A stretch of DNA of 63,774 nucleotides, the filler included, from Octopus bimaculoides (taxonomy: Eukaryota): assembly GCF_001194135.2 (NCBI RefSeq). It is 6 parts of 6 records of this genome, joined end to end, with 100 filler letters (N's around TTAATTAATTAA, not from the genome) between each part and the next. Parts side by side here need not be neighbours in the genome. Positions count along the whole stretch, not along the records: positions 15,649 to 30,780 come from NC_068990.1; positions 30,881 to 51,583 come from NC_068983.1; 4 more parts are not named here. The stretch is one strand, 5' to 3'. Below the pieces are notes generated by a model, which was given only the letters and a program-made list of their open reading frames with translations, was not told where the DNA came from and did not search any database. Shown piece after piece: positions 26,296 to 39,589 of the stretch (its first letter is position 1; every line of letters begins with the position of its first letter). The position numbers and the translations under genes were made by a program.

Positions 26296-27225
26296 AGTTC
26301 TAACATCAAAGAGCCGTTTATAAATGAAATCCTGGAAGATAAGTGCACGGCTATTAATAATGACACATGAATATGAAACAAATAATGAATCTGGCCCTTA
26401 TGATACCGAAAAAAGGGCATTGTGTACATGTCTTTTCCCAGCCCTTAATACAATTTTCTAAACGTGGGAAGAAACAAAAAAAGAGTAAACCATAAAGAAA
26501 AAGACCCTCACACACATTCGCACTAATCGTGTATTCTGTATTTGCTATGCGTCTTACATCATTTGCATTACATATCAATTCCTTGATTTCATCTGATGCT
26601 GCGTCAATGGCCGATGTTAGCTTAACACATCTTAATTGACAATTGCTGTGTCCGCCACCACTTTTTTTCCGAATTATAGCGAACATAGATGACATTGTAC
26701 AGTCATAGAACTTGCAGATTAATTGGCCGGTGGGCAGAATATTTTGCTAATAAGTCCAAAATCTTTTTTAAAAAAATACATTTCAATAATGAAACAAAAG
26801 TAAATATCGATTGTTGTATAATTGGAAAAATAAAGAAAAAAGAAAGTGCTATCTATTATTTCGTATCCTTTTTTTATTATAATTATTATTACTAATTATA
26901 AATTTCAGAGTTGTACTTGTTTGGCCAGTGACTTCATCTGAGACTGTGCATTGAGTTTAAAACAATGACATCATAGAGGTGTCATAGTGTCTACGTAGAA
27001 CACAGAAGCCGGTCATTATGTTGCATTCATTTTTGTTTTGTTGCCTGGTATTATATGCTATAATATGTGAAGCAATTTCGTCATACATTTACCTACGAAC
27101 TGGTTAGTCGTGGCTCTATTCAACCGCATTTGTTCCACTAATTATATGTATACATCATTATAATGTCTAATATACATGACTAAGATCGTATTTCAGCTAA
27201 TTAGATTTCACTTATATATTTGTAA

Positions 27226-27272
<47 letters not shown>

Positions 27273-28093
27273 NNNNNNNNNNNNNNNNNNNNNNNNNNNN
27301 NNNNNNNNNNNNNNNNNNNNNNNNNNNNNNNNNNNNNNNNNNNNNNNNNNNNNNNNNNNNNNNNNNNNNNNNNNNNNNNNNNNNNNNNNNNNNNNNNNNN
27401 NNNNNNNNNNNNNNNNNNNNNNNNNNNNNNNNNNNNNNNNNNNNNNNNNNNNNNNNNNNNNNNNNNNNNNNNNNNNNNNNNNNNNNNNNNNNNNNNNNNN
27501 NNNNNNNNNNNNNNNNNNNNNNNNNNNNNNNNNNNNNNNNNNNNNNNNNNNNNNNNNNNNNNNNNNNNNNNNNNNNNNNNNNNNNNNNNNNNNNNNNNNN
27601 NNNNNNNNNNNNNNNNNNNNNNNNNNNNNNNNNNNNNNNNNNNNNNNNNNNNNNNNNNNNNNNNNNNNNNNNNNNNNNNNNNNNNNNNNNNNNNNNNNNN
27701 NNNNNNNNNNNNNNNNNNNNNNNNNNNNNNNNNNNNNNNNNNNNNNNNNNNNNNNNNNNNNNNNNNNNNNNNNNNNNNNNNNNNNNNNNNNNNNNNNNNN
27801 NNNNNNNNNNNNNNNNNNNNNNNNNNNNNNNNNNNNNNNNNNNNNNNNNNNNNNNNNNNNNNNNNNNNNNNNNNNNNNNNNNNNNNNNNNNNNNNNNNNN
27901 NNNNNNNNNNNNNNNNNNNNNNNNNNNNNNNNNNNNNNNNNNNNNNNNNNNNNNNNNNNNNNNNNNNNNNNNNNNNNNNNNNNNNNNNNNNNNNNNNNNN
28001 NNNNNNNNNNNNNNNNNNNNNNNNNNNNNNNNNNNNNNNNNNNNNNNNNNNNNNNNNNNNNNNNNNNNNNNNNNNNNNNNNNNNNNNNNNNNN

Positions 28094-28455
28094 CGTAACT
28101 GGTACTTAATTTATCGACCCCGAAAGGACGAAAGGCAAAGTCGCCTCCGGTGGAATTTGAACTCAGAACGTGACTGCAGACGAAATACCGCTAAGCATTT
28201 CGCCCGGCATGCTAACGTTTCTTATTTCTTTATTGTCCACAAGGGGCTAAACATAGAGGGGACAAACAAGGACAGACAAAGGGATTAAGTCGATTATATC
28301 GACACCAGTGCATAACTGGTACTTAATTTATCGACCCCGAAAGGATGAAAGGCAAAGTCGACCTCGGCGGAATTTGAGCTCAGAACGTAACGGCAGACGA
28401 AATACCGCTAAGCATTTCGCCCGGCTTGCTAATGTTTGTGCCAGCTTCACCTAAC
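28094..28455 (-). mobile_element. Head-to-tail dimer of SINE family A (tail type A)
   Basis: Two cores; minus-strand junction ...aataaagaaataagaaac|gttagcatgccgggcg at ~28217. Confidence 0.9.
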
Positions 28456-29526
28456 TTCTTACGACACAACCACGCATATACATACCTTCAGCTACACGTA
28501 TGTGTGTGTGTGTGCGCGTGTGTTTCTAATGCCCCTGTCTATATCTGCGTGTATATTGAGCGTAAGTACGAATGGTAATAGGTTTGCTTGCATCTTTATA
28601 AGAGAGAGGTCAGGCCTGATCTTTGACAAGGCAAGCCATGCCCAGCAAGGCAAGTGACACTAATCCAGCCTTTTCCAACACGCTAGTGACACTAATTAAT
28701 GTACACATGGCGTGAACATCGAAACATGTTCGTTTGGCTATACAGCTGCATTGTAACAATTGGGAAACATCAACAGGTGAATGGACGTCGTTTTCAAAAG
28801 CAGTAACGACATTACAAACCCCGCTACGCACATACACTCACATACATCACACGCACACACACATACACACACACACACGTACACACTCACAAATGCACTC
28901 ACACGCTTACGCTCTCTTTTTTTCTCCTTCTTATTCTTTCTCTCTCTCCCTCTCCCTCTCTTTTGCTGTAATTCCCACTCCTCATTCCCTCCCCTACCAA
29001 CATTGCTTTCTTTCGTACGTGACTGTTCTCTCTTTCCCTCCCTCCCTCCCCTTCTTTTCTCCTCACTCTCTATCTATGTGCCTATCTGTTCCCCCCCCCC
29101 TCGCTGTCTGTATCTCTATCTGCGCCCCACCGTCTTTGTCTCTCTCTATCTCTCTCTCTCTCTTGCTCGCTCGGCTTTATTTTCTATGATGCTATTCTCT
29201 TATTTCCTAAAGACATGTATGCGCATGTGTCTGTGAGTCTGCGCACGCGCATTGTTTGGATGTATATATGTGTGCATGTATGTATATGTACGAATGTATG
29301 TGCCTATGCATTCAGATATATGCACAAAGCAGATGAAATCTCTTTCTGTCTCTCTCTATGCTTCCCTCTCACTTTCTCGTTGAGTGTGTATGTGTATCTA
29401 TCTCCCTACACATGTGTGTGAGTGTGTATATATGTGTATATGTCTGTGTTTGTGAGAATATATATATATGCGTATCTGTGAGGATGTATATATATATGTA
29501 CACACACATACACCACAAACACACAC

Positions 29527-29599
<73 letters not shown>

Positions 29600-29893
29600 C
29601 ATACACACACACACACACACATATATATATAATTGTAAACTGCTTCAAGTGCAGCGGATTTTTTATACATACCTATATACATACATACATACATACAGTC
29701 ACCCCTCTAGGGGTGAATAATTACACCACAGGATCCGAGGAACCGATCTCATGAGTGTGGCTCGAAAAGGACATATGCATATAAATACAGACAAACACAC
29801 ACACACACACTCACGCACGTATATGTATATCTGTCTGTGTGTATATATGTGGATATATGTATATGCATATATATATATGTGTGTGTGTGTGTT

Positions 29894-29936
<43 letters not shown>

Positions 29937-30003
29937 TGATAGTAAAGGTACGACAACACAAGAAAGAAAGAGACCTCGATATTATATAAATAGAAGAATT
30001 TAT

Positions 30004-30708
30004 CTGTAAATAATATGTGACAATTATGATAAAGGTAGTTATGATAAAACTCCGACTTTCGGAAGTCGTGGCGGAAAGCCACTCCGCCATCTCTTCAGTT
30101 ATCTGGCCATCGAAAAAATATTATGAAAATGACCGTTAAACAAAGGGAAATTACTGTGTGATTGACCGTTATTAAGACAAAAGAGCTATTAGAATGACCG
30201 CTGAGGGGAGGGGGTAAAGGTAAGGTAGTAAAAATGCTCATAGTATTAGCGTAAGCGCACCAGTCCATACATGCACATGCGCGCCCGCACACCCACGTTC
30301 ATGCGTCTATATGTATATACTCATCCACCCTCACTTGAAACACGGCGAATGTGTGGGTAAGCACGTGTGTATTTCAAGTGAGGGTGGATGAGTATATACA
30401 TATCGGCGCATGTACGTGGGCGTGTGGGCGCGAATGTGTATGTATGGATTGATTTGCTTACGCGAATACTATAGACATTTTTACTCCCTTACCTTTACTC
30501 CCTCCCATCACTTAGCGGTCATTCTAATAGCTCTTTTGTCTTAATAACGGTCAATCACACAGTAATCTCCCTTTGTTTAACGGTCATTTCCATAGAATTT
30601 TCTCGATGGCCAGATAACTGAAGAGAAGGCGGTGTTGGTTTCCGCCCAGAAATCCGAAACTCGGAGTTTTATCATGGCTATCGTATAATTGTCACATATT
30701 ATTTACAG
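30004..30708. mobile_element. Long foldback (palindromic) element, ~335-bp arms, ~30-nt loop
   Basis: 30004-30343 is the reverse complement of 30367-30708 with scattered mismatches and small indels; no clear TSD. Confidence 0.9.
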
Positions 30709-32133
30709 TTATATTTATAGGCAACCGATTTTCCAGACGTTTATAATCCGCACGAATTTACCTCAATATACAGGTACGAANNNNNNNNNNNNNNNNNNNN
30801 NNNNNNNNNNNNNNNNNNNNNNNNTTAATTAATTAANNNNNNNNNNNNNNNNNNNNNNNNNNNNNNNNNNNNNNNNNNNNTGAGGGTGCATGTGTGTGTG
30901 AGCATGTATGTGTGTGTTGTATTTACTAGGTGTCCTTGTACGTTGGGTTTATCCAGGTGATGTGTATGTGTGTACATGTGTGTTCCGTGTATGTTGGTAC
31001 TGGGTATGCGTTTATATGTGTGTGTGTATGTGTGTATGTGGGTATGGCTTGTGTAGTTTCCTGGTGTATATGTGTACATGTGTGTGCGCGCTGTAATTGT
31101 GAGTGATTAGTTTTGTTTGTATTGTTAGTACAGTATGTGTGTGTATACGTGTGGGTGTGTTTGTGTGAGTGCGTCTNNNNNNNNNNNNNNNNNNNNNNNN
31201 NNNNNNNNNNNNNNNNNNNNNNNNNNNNNNNNNNNNNNNNNNNNNNNNNNNNNNNNNNNNNNNNNNNNNNNNNNNNNNNNNNNNNNNNNNNNNNNNNNNN
31301 NNNNNNNNNNNNNNNNNNNNNNNNNNNNNNNNNNNNNNNNNNNNNNNNNNNNNNNNNNNNNNNNNNNNNNNNNNNNNNNNNNNNNNNNNNNNNNNNNNNN
31401 NNNNNNNNNNNNNNNNNNNNNNNNNNNNNNNNNNNNNNNNNNNNNNNNNNNNNNNNNNNNNNNNNNNNNNNNNNNNNNNNNNNNNNNNNNNNNNNNNNNN
31501 NNNNNNNNNNNNNNNNNNNNNNNNNNNNNNNNNNNNNNNNNNNNNNNNNNNNNNNNNNNNNNNNNNNNNNNNNNNNNNNNNNNNNNNNNNNNNNNNNNNN
31601 NNNNNNNNNNNNNNNNNNNNNNNNNNNNNNNNNNNNNNNNNNNNNNNNNNNNNNNNNNNNNNNNNNNNNNNNNNNNNNNNNNNNNNNNNNNNNNNNNNNN
31701 NNNNNNNNNNNNNNNNNNNNNNNNNNNNNNNNNNNNNNNNNNNNNNNNNNNNNNNNNNNNNNNNNNNNNNNNNNNNNNNNNNNNNNNNNNNNNNNNNNNN
31801 NNNNNNNNNNNNNNNNNNNNNNNNNNNNNNNNNNNNNNNNNNNNNNNNNNNNNNNNNNNNNNNNNNNNNNNNNNNNNNNNNNNNNNNNNNNNNNNNNNNN
31901 NNNNNNNNNNNNNNNNNNNNNNNNNNNNNNNNNNNNNNNNNNNNNNNNNNNNNNNNNNNNNNNNNNNNNNNNNNNNNNNNNNNNNNNNNNNNNNNNNNNN
32001 NNNNNNNNNNNNNNNNNNNNNNNNNNNNNNNNNNNNNNNNNNNNNNNNNNNNNNNNNNNNNNNNNNNNNNNNNNNNNNNNNNNNNNNNNNNNNNNNNNNN
32101 NNNNNNNNNNNNNNNNNNNNNNNNNNNNNNNNN

Positions 32134-32360
32134 GGTGGGATCCCTCAATTGTTGGCGGTGGACTGTCATCCTTTCTCTGAGAGTAGGCTCGTTTGCCCTA
32201 TGCATTCTTTGTGGCACCCTTCACACCTTATGGCATAAAGTAAATTTTTTGATGCGCAGGTGAAGTTATTTTTTATGACAAAAGTGTGTCCCGACTGGAA
32301 TCTGTATGTTGTTCCTTCCATGAGGTGGATGCAAGTCCTGCAGTTGGAACGACCACACAT
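32134..32360 (-). mobile_element. Penelope-like GIY-YIG endonuclease fragment
   Basis: CGRSNCRTCIHLMEGTTYRFQSGHTFVIKNNFTCASKNLLYAIRCEGCHKECIGQT, then frameshifted TLRERMTVHRQQLRDP. Confidence 0.8.
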
Positions 32361-32368
32361 GCATAAAC

Positions 32369-32450
<82 letters not shown>

Positions 32451-33303
32451 TGTTTATGTGTAATGAAAACTGAAGCCCATCTCATTCATATTACTGTCAC
32501 CATTTTACTGTGAACCTAACGAAAGAAGTACTTTGTTTGTATATAACATGAAATCAAATATTGTTACCTACAGAATGAAAGTAAGGCGATGAATCCGATA
32601 TGTTGATATTAAATAGTAATGTAATCATAGTATTACTTATTTTGAAAAAAAAAACATTAAAATTCCATATTCTGTTGTTAAAGCAATGAAATATTAATTT
32701 TTAATAGAAGGCCGGCAAACCATACAACAGTTGATAATTTTAAATTTAAAGCAGACAGCTACAAGATGAAACGTTGTTAACTGAACGCGCATTTAATATG
32801 TAAAAGAAAAGCAAAACGAAGCGAAAACAATGATGAATAAATAAAGGATATTAACAGACAAAGACAGCGTGAAACATAAGCTGTAATAATAAGAGCGAAT
32901 CCTACAACCGAAAAGATTTTCATCGAAAAACTTCGTCAGCAAAGGAAAAAAAGCAGTATGAAAACACACGCTATTAATGATAATAAATGCGCATAAAAAA
33001 AAAACAAAAACAAAAGACAATGAACATTTTTGAATGGCTTACATCACACACAAATAGCAAATGAAGTTGCAGAAATATTCGGACATGCAACATTTGCCAA
33101 GTTGAAATCCAAATGCGACGTTTATTGCGTTCACAAATGTGCATAAACTGTAGTACGGTCATGGGCACGTCACTCCAGCCGGAAACTATATATAAAAGGT
33201 TACTGTCAATCATTGTGCATACGTTACCGGAAGTTTCATAATAAACATGTATTGCAAATAATATCGAAGATAGACAGATATAGAAATATTACGTTTTTAT
33301 ATA

Positions 33304-33344
<41 letters not shown>

Positions 33345-33411
33345 NNNNNNNNNNNNNNNNNNNNNNNNNNNNNNNNNNNNNNNNNNNNNNNNNNNNNNNN
33401 NNNNNNNNNNN

Positions 33412-33500
33412 GTACTGGGGTCGATTCCTTTGATTAAACTCTCTAAGGCGGCGCCCAGCATGAGCGCAGTCTAATGACTGAAAATAACTAAGAAAGAAAA
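33412..33500 (+). mobile_element. SINE family B 3' tail
   Basis: aaggcggcgcccagcatgagcgcagtctaatgactgaaa; homologous to 42485-42540. Confidence 0.5.
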
Positions 33501-34690
33501 TTTATACCTCATGCGTGTGTGTGTGTGCATGTCTGCGTCTGTCTGTATGTGTGTGTGCATGTCTGCGTGTATATATTATGCATAAATCGCGAGGAATTAT
33601 AGAAAGTTTGTGAAGGTATTGCTAATAGTTATTTCGATAGTGTTTCAAGTACAGATGTTAAACAGATCAACATGATGCCATGCTGGACTTTTACCATTAA
33701 ATATCTGCTCCAAAATCAATAAACTAAAGAATATTTAAAATGTTGTAAAGGAAAATGATGTGGGAAAAATTATGTTTAATATCTATTGAACTGCAAAAAA
33801 ATTTTATCGTGTATCAGCAAAAAAATAAAAAAAGATGCTTAAAATGTTTACCGTTTCCTTTTCATCTCTAACTTCAGGCATCATTTAACAAACTGACCTT
33901 TTTCTTATAATGTTAATAAAAGCTAACAAAACTGTTTTTACGGTTTAGTGCTTTATTTCAAACACTTTACCATCGATATTCGAGGCTTAACTGTAACAGA
34001 ATAATGATTTTTTAAATTCCACTTTCTCAACTAGACATTCATTAACCATGAGTTAAATATTTCTTGAACCAATTAATGACTCACATTCGTATATGTCATT
34101 CTATCATACACGCACGCGCGTGCATGCGTATATATATATGTGTGTGTTTGTGTGTGTTTATGTTAATATATATGTGGGTTTTATTGTTGTCAATACTTAT
34201 TTGCATGTAGCGTTAGCTGAGCCAACATTATACTATTATATCAATATTAGATGATGTTTATATCAAGCGTCCTTACATAAGTAAGCATGTAGTACAATTT
34301 CATCACCAATTTCATAGATGTTCACCATCAGTAGATAAATAACTACCAAACCCGAGCAATAAATTTTGGAAAATAAAATTATTCTGAATAATGATAAAAA
34401 TAATAAATCTTAATAAATAGTTTAAAATAAACAAAATATCTATAATCAAGGAATATCAACTAAAATTGAAACGAAACACAAATTTCGGTATCACGATCGG
34501 CAGTTTAAAAGATGATTTTAAACTTCAATCTTTTTTCTAAGAGATAAAACATCAGAGATGAGATAAGATACAGAATCTTGCAACAGTGGTTATCTGCAAC
34601 GTCAGAAGTTAATTCTTAAGCGTTTTCAGAAAAATATTCTTGTTGAGACAACTTGAACTACGGAGTGAATTGAAAAATATTAAGTTTTAT

Positions 34691-35480
34691 TATTGAGGCG
34701 AGTCAAAAGTTTTGCAATATTTGCGGTGTGTATATCACGTTATCGATGCAGTTCGAGATGTAGAAGGTGTCCGATGAGATTAGGTAGTATCGTGGTAGTT
34801 GGTGCGCAGACATGTTGTGCATTGCTTTACTCTGTCATTTGAAAGTTGCACAGATGTACGTGCAACGTAGTCTAATTCGGGAATTTTGCTTTACAAGTTC
34901 GAACTGGGCCACAACGCCGCGGAAGGATCGAAGAATATTTTTGTGCGAAGGGTGAAGGCGCGGTTGATCACAGTACCATAAATCAGATGGTTCAAGAAAT
35001 TTCACTTGGGTTGTAAGAACCTCGATGATCAAGCGGGGGCAGATCGGCCTAAAATGTGGTCCAAAGAAAACAGGTATGCTCTGTGCGCCAAAGCATAGAC
35101 ACATATCTGGTTCGTAGCTCTCTGAGAGTATTAGGCAACCTTGGCATCTCAAGAACTTGAGGAACTCTAAGTGATCCAACATCCAACATATAGTCTGGAC
35201 CTAGCTCCCTTGGATTATTATTTGCTCAGATCCATGGCTCATTCCCTACGCTCATGACATTTCATGAACCAAGTGGCGGTCGAAGCTTCAGTGAAGGAGT
35301 TCTTCGCCTCGAAGGACATGAACTGGCATCAGCGTGAGATCAAAGAACTACCAGAAAGATGGTTTAAGATGATGCAACATGATGGCTTCTACTTTGAATG
35401 GTAGGCTGCTTTTGTAATAACTTGACGATTAAAGCTAATAAGTTACCAAGATATTGAAAAACTTTTCATTCAGCACAATA
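34691..35480 (+). mobile_element. Internally deleted mariner with both TIRs
   Basis: LLYKFELGHNAAE..RWFKKFHLGCKNLDDQ (HTH) and YSLDLAPLDYYLLRSM..LPERW (YSPDLAP motif); inverted ends tattgaggcgagtcaaaagttttgcaatat and atattgaaaaacttttcattcagcacaata. Confidence 0.85.
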
Positions 35481-36039
35481 TCATCTTGTAATGTTTCAGA
35501 CGCTTGTAGTTGTTCAGAGAGTAATAATATTGAGGCTGATACCACAGTCGTAGAAAAGCGAAGATTGCTGACATTAAATAAGCTTCGTACCTAACTACAT
35601 AATTGTATAATGCTATTGAGCCTCAATAGGTATATACAGCAAAAGATTTGCAGATTATAGACTCTGCAAACAAACACAGCAATCTAAAGAAATAAAGATG
35701 AAAGGTTGAATTTACAGTATTTCAATATGTACGGTTGTTTAGTTATATTTGACTTCTATTATAAAGAGACTGAAGGACCAAATATATAGAATACTGGACT
35801 AGAGCTTAGTGATCACTAATTCAATTACTATATGAGTTCATAAGCAAATTAAATGTTCCTTAACTTTTTCGGAGTAAAATACATCTAATTTATTTTAGTT
35901 TAACTAGCTATGGGGAATATGTACAAAATTTTCTTCCGGAAAACATACTTGCAACAGATAGTTGAACTGCGTTTGACACGTTTCGTTTCTCATTATTGTA
36001 TAAAAAGGGGTTTATGGATGTTAATTAACAGATTCTGAG

Positions 36040-37780
36040 TAGTATAGTGCAGCTGTTTATTTCTTGCATCACTTTGGAGTTTGGTTATTTCGATGCTGTT
36101 CAAACGTTTGAACGAAAAGAGAGAAAATTAAAATTTGGTGCAAAACGTATTGTATTACGTTATATTATCTTCATTTTATGGACCAGCGCAAATTGTTTAT
36201 TTGTTTTTCTGTCTCTATGCATCTAGTCTGGCAACTGGCGAACCGGCAAATGAGATAAAAGGTAAGAATTTTGAAGCAGCGGCCGGGTGTAAAACCCGAA
36301 AGGTAAACACTGAAAATTTTAAAGGATACAGAGAGATATTAACAAAAGAAGGGACTGAAGTGAAAGTGGCCCCTCTTCAAAACATCCAAACAGACATTCT
36401 GGAAAGAACAATAGTGTTTAAAACGTACAACGTAGAAAACGAGAAAATTGATTATGTCAATGAAATTGAAATAGAAAAATGTGTAAAGCTTATATCGAAC
36501 GAAGTATGTAACGCGTGGAAAAAGGTACGCAACAATAGAGGTTTGAATGGAGTTGGCCAAGAAAGCGAAACTGTACTCAGTGGAGCCATTGTAAACAGAG
36601 GTGGTGGTGCTCCTTCCAGATTGGTGGTTGAGCAAGTTGAAGAGACAAATCTTCCGCTTCTTGTGGAAGGGTTCGACTCCACTTGTGAGGGATTCTATCT
36701 GCTGTCAAAAAACCGTTAAAAGGTGAACTAGGGATGCCTTGGATGTTGATGCGCAAACATGCGTTGATATTGAGGCACCTCTGGCTTTACATGGATGATG
36801 AACGTATGTGGCCTCCGCTTGCGAAATGGATGTTTCCCAGGTTCACTAGTTTTGGTGGACGAGATAGCTGGTTTCGTCGAAGATCGAGGTTGGGTACATG
36901 GTATACGGAGTGCCGTAAGGCTCTCCTACAGTTCTGTCGCTCGGGTAATGCCAGCGGTTTTTGTACCACCGCGTCTTTCTATAGCAGGTTGGTAGAGGCT
37001 GGAAACGATGATATCCTAAGGGAGACCCTGGGTTTCGATAATAACCAGTTAGATAGTCTATTCCACAGGACATTTGGGCCGAGGACTTTGAATAACTTTC
37101 AAGAATCTCTGGCCTGGCAATGTAACCGAGGAGCCTTACCCGTTCGGAATAAACTCACCAGACACGGCCAACCCGGTCCATCGGCTTCTCCAAGATGCGA
37201 GCAGGATAGAGAAACTGTTCTGCACGCTATTGTGCAGTGTCCGGAAGTGTGGACTTATGCGGAACACCTGTTGTCGGATTTGAGAAGTTTACAGCTGTCG
37301 TCTGAGTCAATTTTAAAAATTGACCCACCGGATTTCCTCACGAAAGAAGGTAAGAATTGCTTTCTCGTAGACGAGAATGAAAGGAATGGTGACAGGCAAC
37401 TACATGTCCGGTCTCGGGCTGGTCAGATTCTTCACCTTTTACCTGAAAAGGAAAGTGAGGTTGGAGAGAAGATGCCTGCCGGAGAAGATGTTTAAAGACA
37501 GATGGATGTTTGTAGCGAGGATGTTGGGTGTGAAAGACTCCTCGTGAACGTGCCATAAGGTTGAACAAAAAGGTACAGGTAGTAGAAAAGGGCTCGTGGG
37601 GTCAGAGCTTAACCTGCTTTTCTATCTCATTGTGCATGCGTAATTTTGTCTTTTGTATTGTATTTCATCCGATTTTATTGTAAACGTTTATACATTTTTA
37701 TTATCATTTGTATGTCTGACCCCGATCAGGCTGTGCTGTCCTCTCTATGTTGTCCCCTTGTGGGCAATAAAGAAACAAGT
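36040..37780 (+). mobile_element. Tx1/L1-like LINE derivative: 5' UTR and ORF1 N-terminus fused to ORF2 C-terminus and 3' tail; no EN or RT
   Basis: ORF1 piece FKGYREILTKEGTEVKVAP..RTIVFKTYN is homologous to the copy at 41104; then LSKLKRQIFRFLWKG, GELGMPW, zf-RVT-like AWQCNRGALPVRNKLTRHG..SPRCEQDRETVLHAIVQCP; tail ccccttgtgggcaataaagaaac. Confidence 0.85.
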
Positions 37781-39446
37781 TATGTCCAACATCTTACGCT
37801 GAAATATTATCAAAGCATTAGTTATCGAATCGAGTATTCTTGCTAAAATATGGCTATAGCCTGAAATAACCCAAAACCTTATTGTAGTTTATGAATTATT
37901 GTGCGTCGACAAATTAGGCCATTGAAAAGTTCAGAAAACAGATAATGAAGCGAAGACGAAAGGAAAAGAAATAATGATCTAAGATAGCTTCTGCATTTGC
38001 ATTCTAATATCTTCCCATTGGTATGTAGATAAATTGCTTAATGTTGTGACATAATATCGGCAGAAACATTTCTTAATCATTTATCTGAGTAGTCTCAAAT
38101 TATGTTACAATTTCAACTGCGTTCCACTTTTACAATACGTTGTTATTTCATACAACTATCTTTCCTTTATATGTCTATTATAATTCGTCTTTTTCACGCA
38201 TATCGAAATACAATTTCAATACAATCAGAAGATATCTATCATTCTGCAAATCTTCAATGACTAAAACTATGCACTTAAACTATTTTTATATAAAATAGAC
38301 GTTATTTAAACATTCTCACTAGAACACATGCCTTCACATAATATATATTTACAAATAAATATTCTACCACATATTTAAAGAACTCAACCAAAGATATTTC
38401 TTGATATCCATTGATTACATGTATTTGATTTGTTCACGCTTCTGGTCACTTCAGTTTTTGTTTCCATTTATGAGCGCCGAAAATTCTATATCCTCTCTTT
38501 ATCCTCCAAATTATAGTTGGGTTTATGCCAAGTAATGGAAATGTCGATAAAATAACATTGACGCAATTTCTGTTTCTTCAAACAAAAACTAGTGAGCTCA
38601 CTAGTTTTCGTAGTTCAGAAGTATAGTTCAATGTTAAATTTCATCCATGATCAATTTCAAGTTTTAGAAATGCATAAATCTCTTCAAATTCTTCCAAATA
38701 TTTCACGAATAACTAATCATGACTTGACAGAAGTAATCTTAAGAGATCAGACGTAAAACAACATCCATAAAATCATGTTCCAAAAGCTTTGCAGCAAGAG
38801 TTTACAAAGGAATGAAGTTTGTCAATTATATTATTTTAACGTTTATTATTATCTGCTGTTCTGATTCCTATGATCTGTTGAAAAACTACAAATTCATTCA
38901 AATCTACTGATCCAATTTCTGAAGTGCACAGCACACACTTTCGTTAATAATTCACGTTGTATCCTCTATCATGGTAATTTGTAGTAATATTGATCACAAC
39001 GTTGTCATCAGTAGTGTATCAGGTCAGAAATATAAATTATGTCACAACATATAATGGCTAGGTATTATAGGCTGTCCAATATTTTAGATAGCATTAGATG
39101 ATAGCCTTGTATGAAAGCAATAAATTAAGATTTTCATTTCAAATATCCATTTGGTAATCGATGTAAGAGATTTCTTTTTCATCACGTACAATAACAATCG
39201 TTATATTATTTTATAAATTACTCATTTATCTTGCATATATTTTCTGTCAGGAAGAGATTGTCTTTTATTTATTGCTAATGTATTTCAATTTACTTTAGAT
39301 ACATCTATATCTAATTCATACAAATGTAAATCTGATGAATGGTAAAGAGCCTAGAGCAGAGGACGTAATGCTTGCCTGTAATGCAAGTTATGTCCCTGCT
39401 GTACCGCACGATCGACGTACGATATAACGGGATAATAATAATAACA

Positions 39447-39518
<72 letters not shown>

Positions 39519-39589
39519 TCCTCGCAAATCGTTCTACTCAAGATACTGGTAACAATCCTCGACAATAGGCAACTCTCGGCTTTACACAG

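Noticed and set aside
32800-33200. CxxC...CxxC motif suggestive of a Helitron N-terminal region
   Set aside because: Multiple stops and no diagnostic Rep motif.
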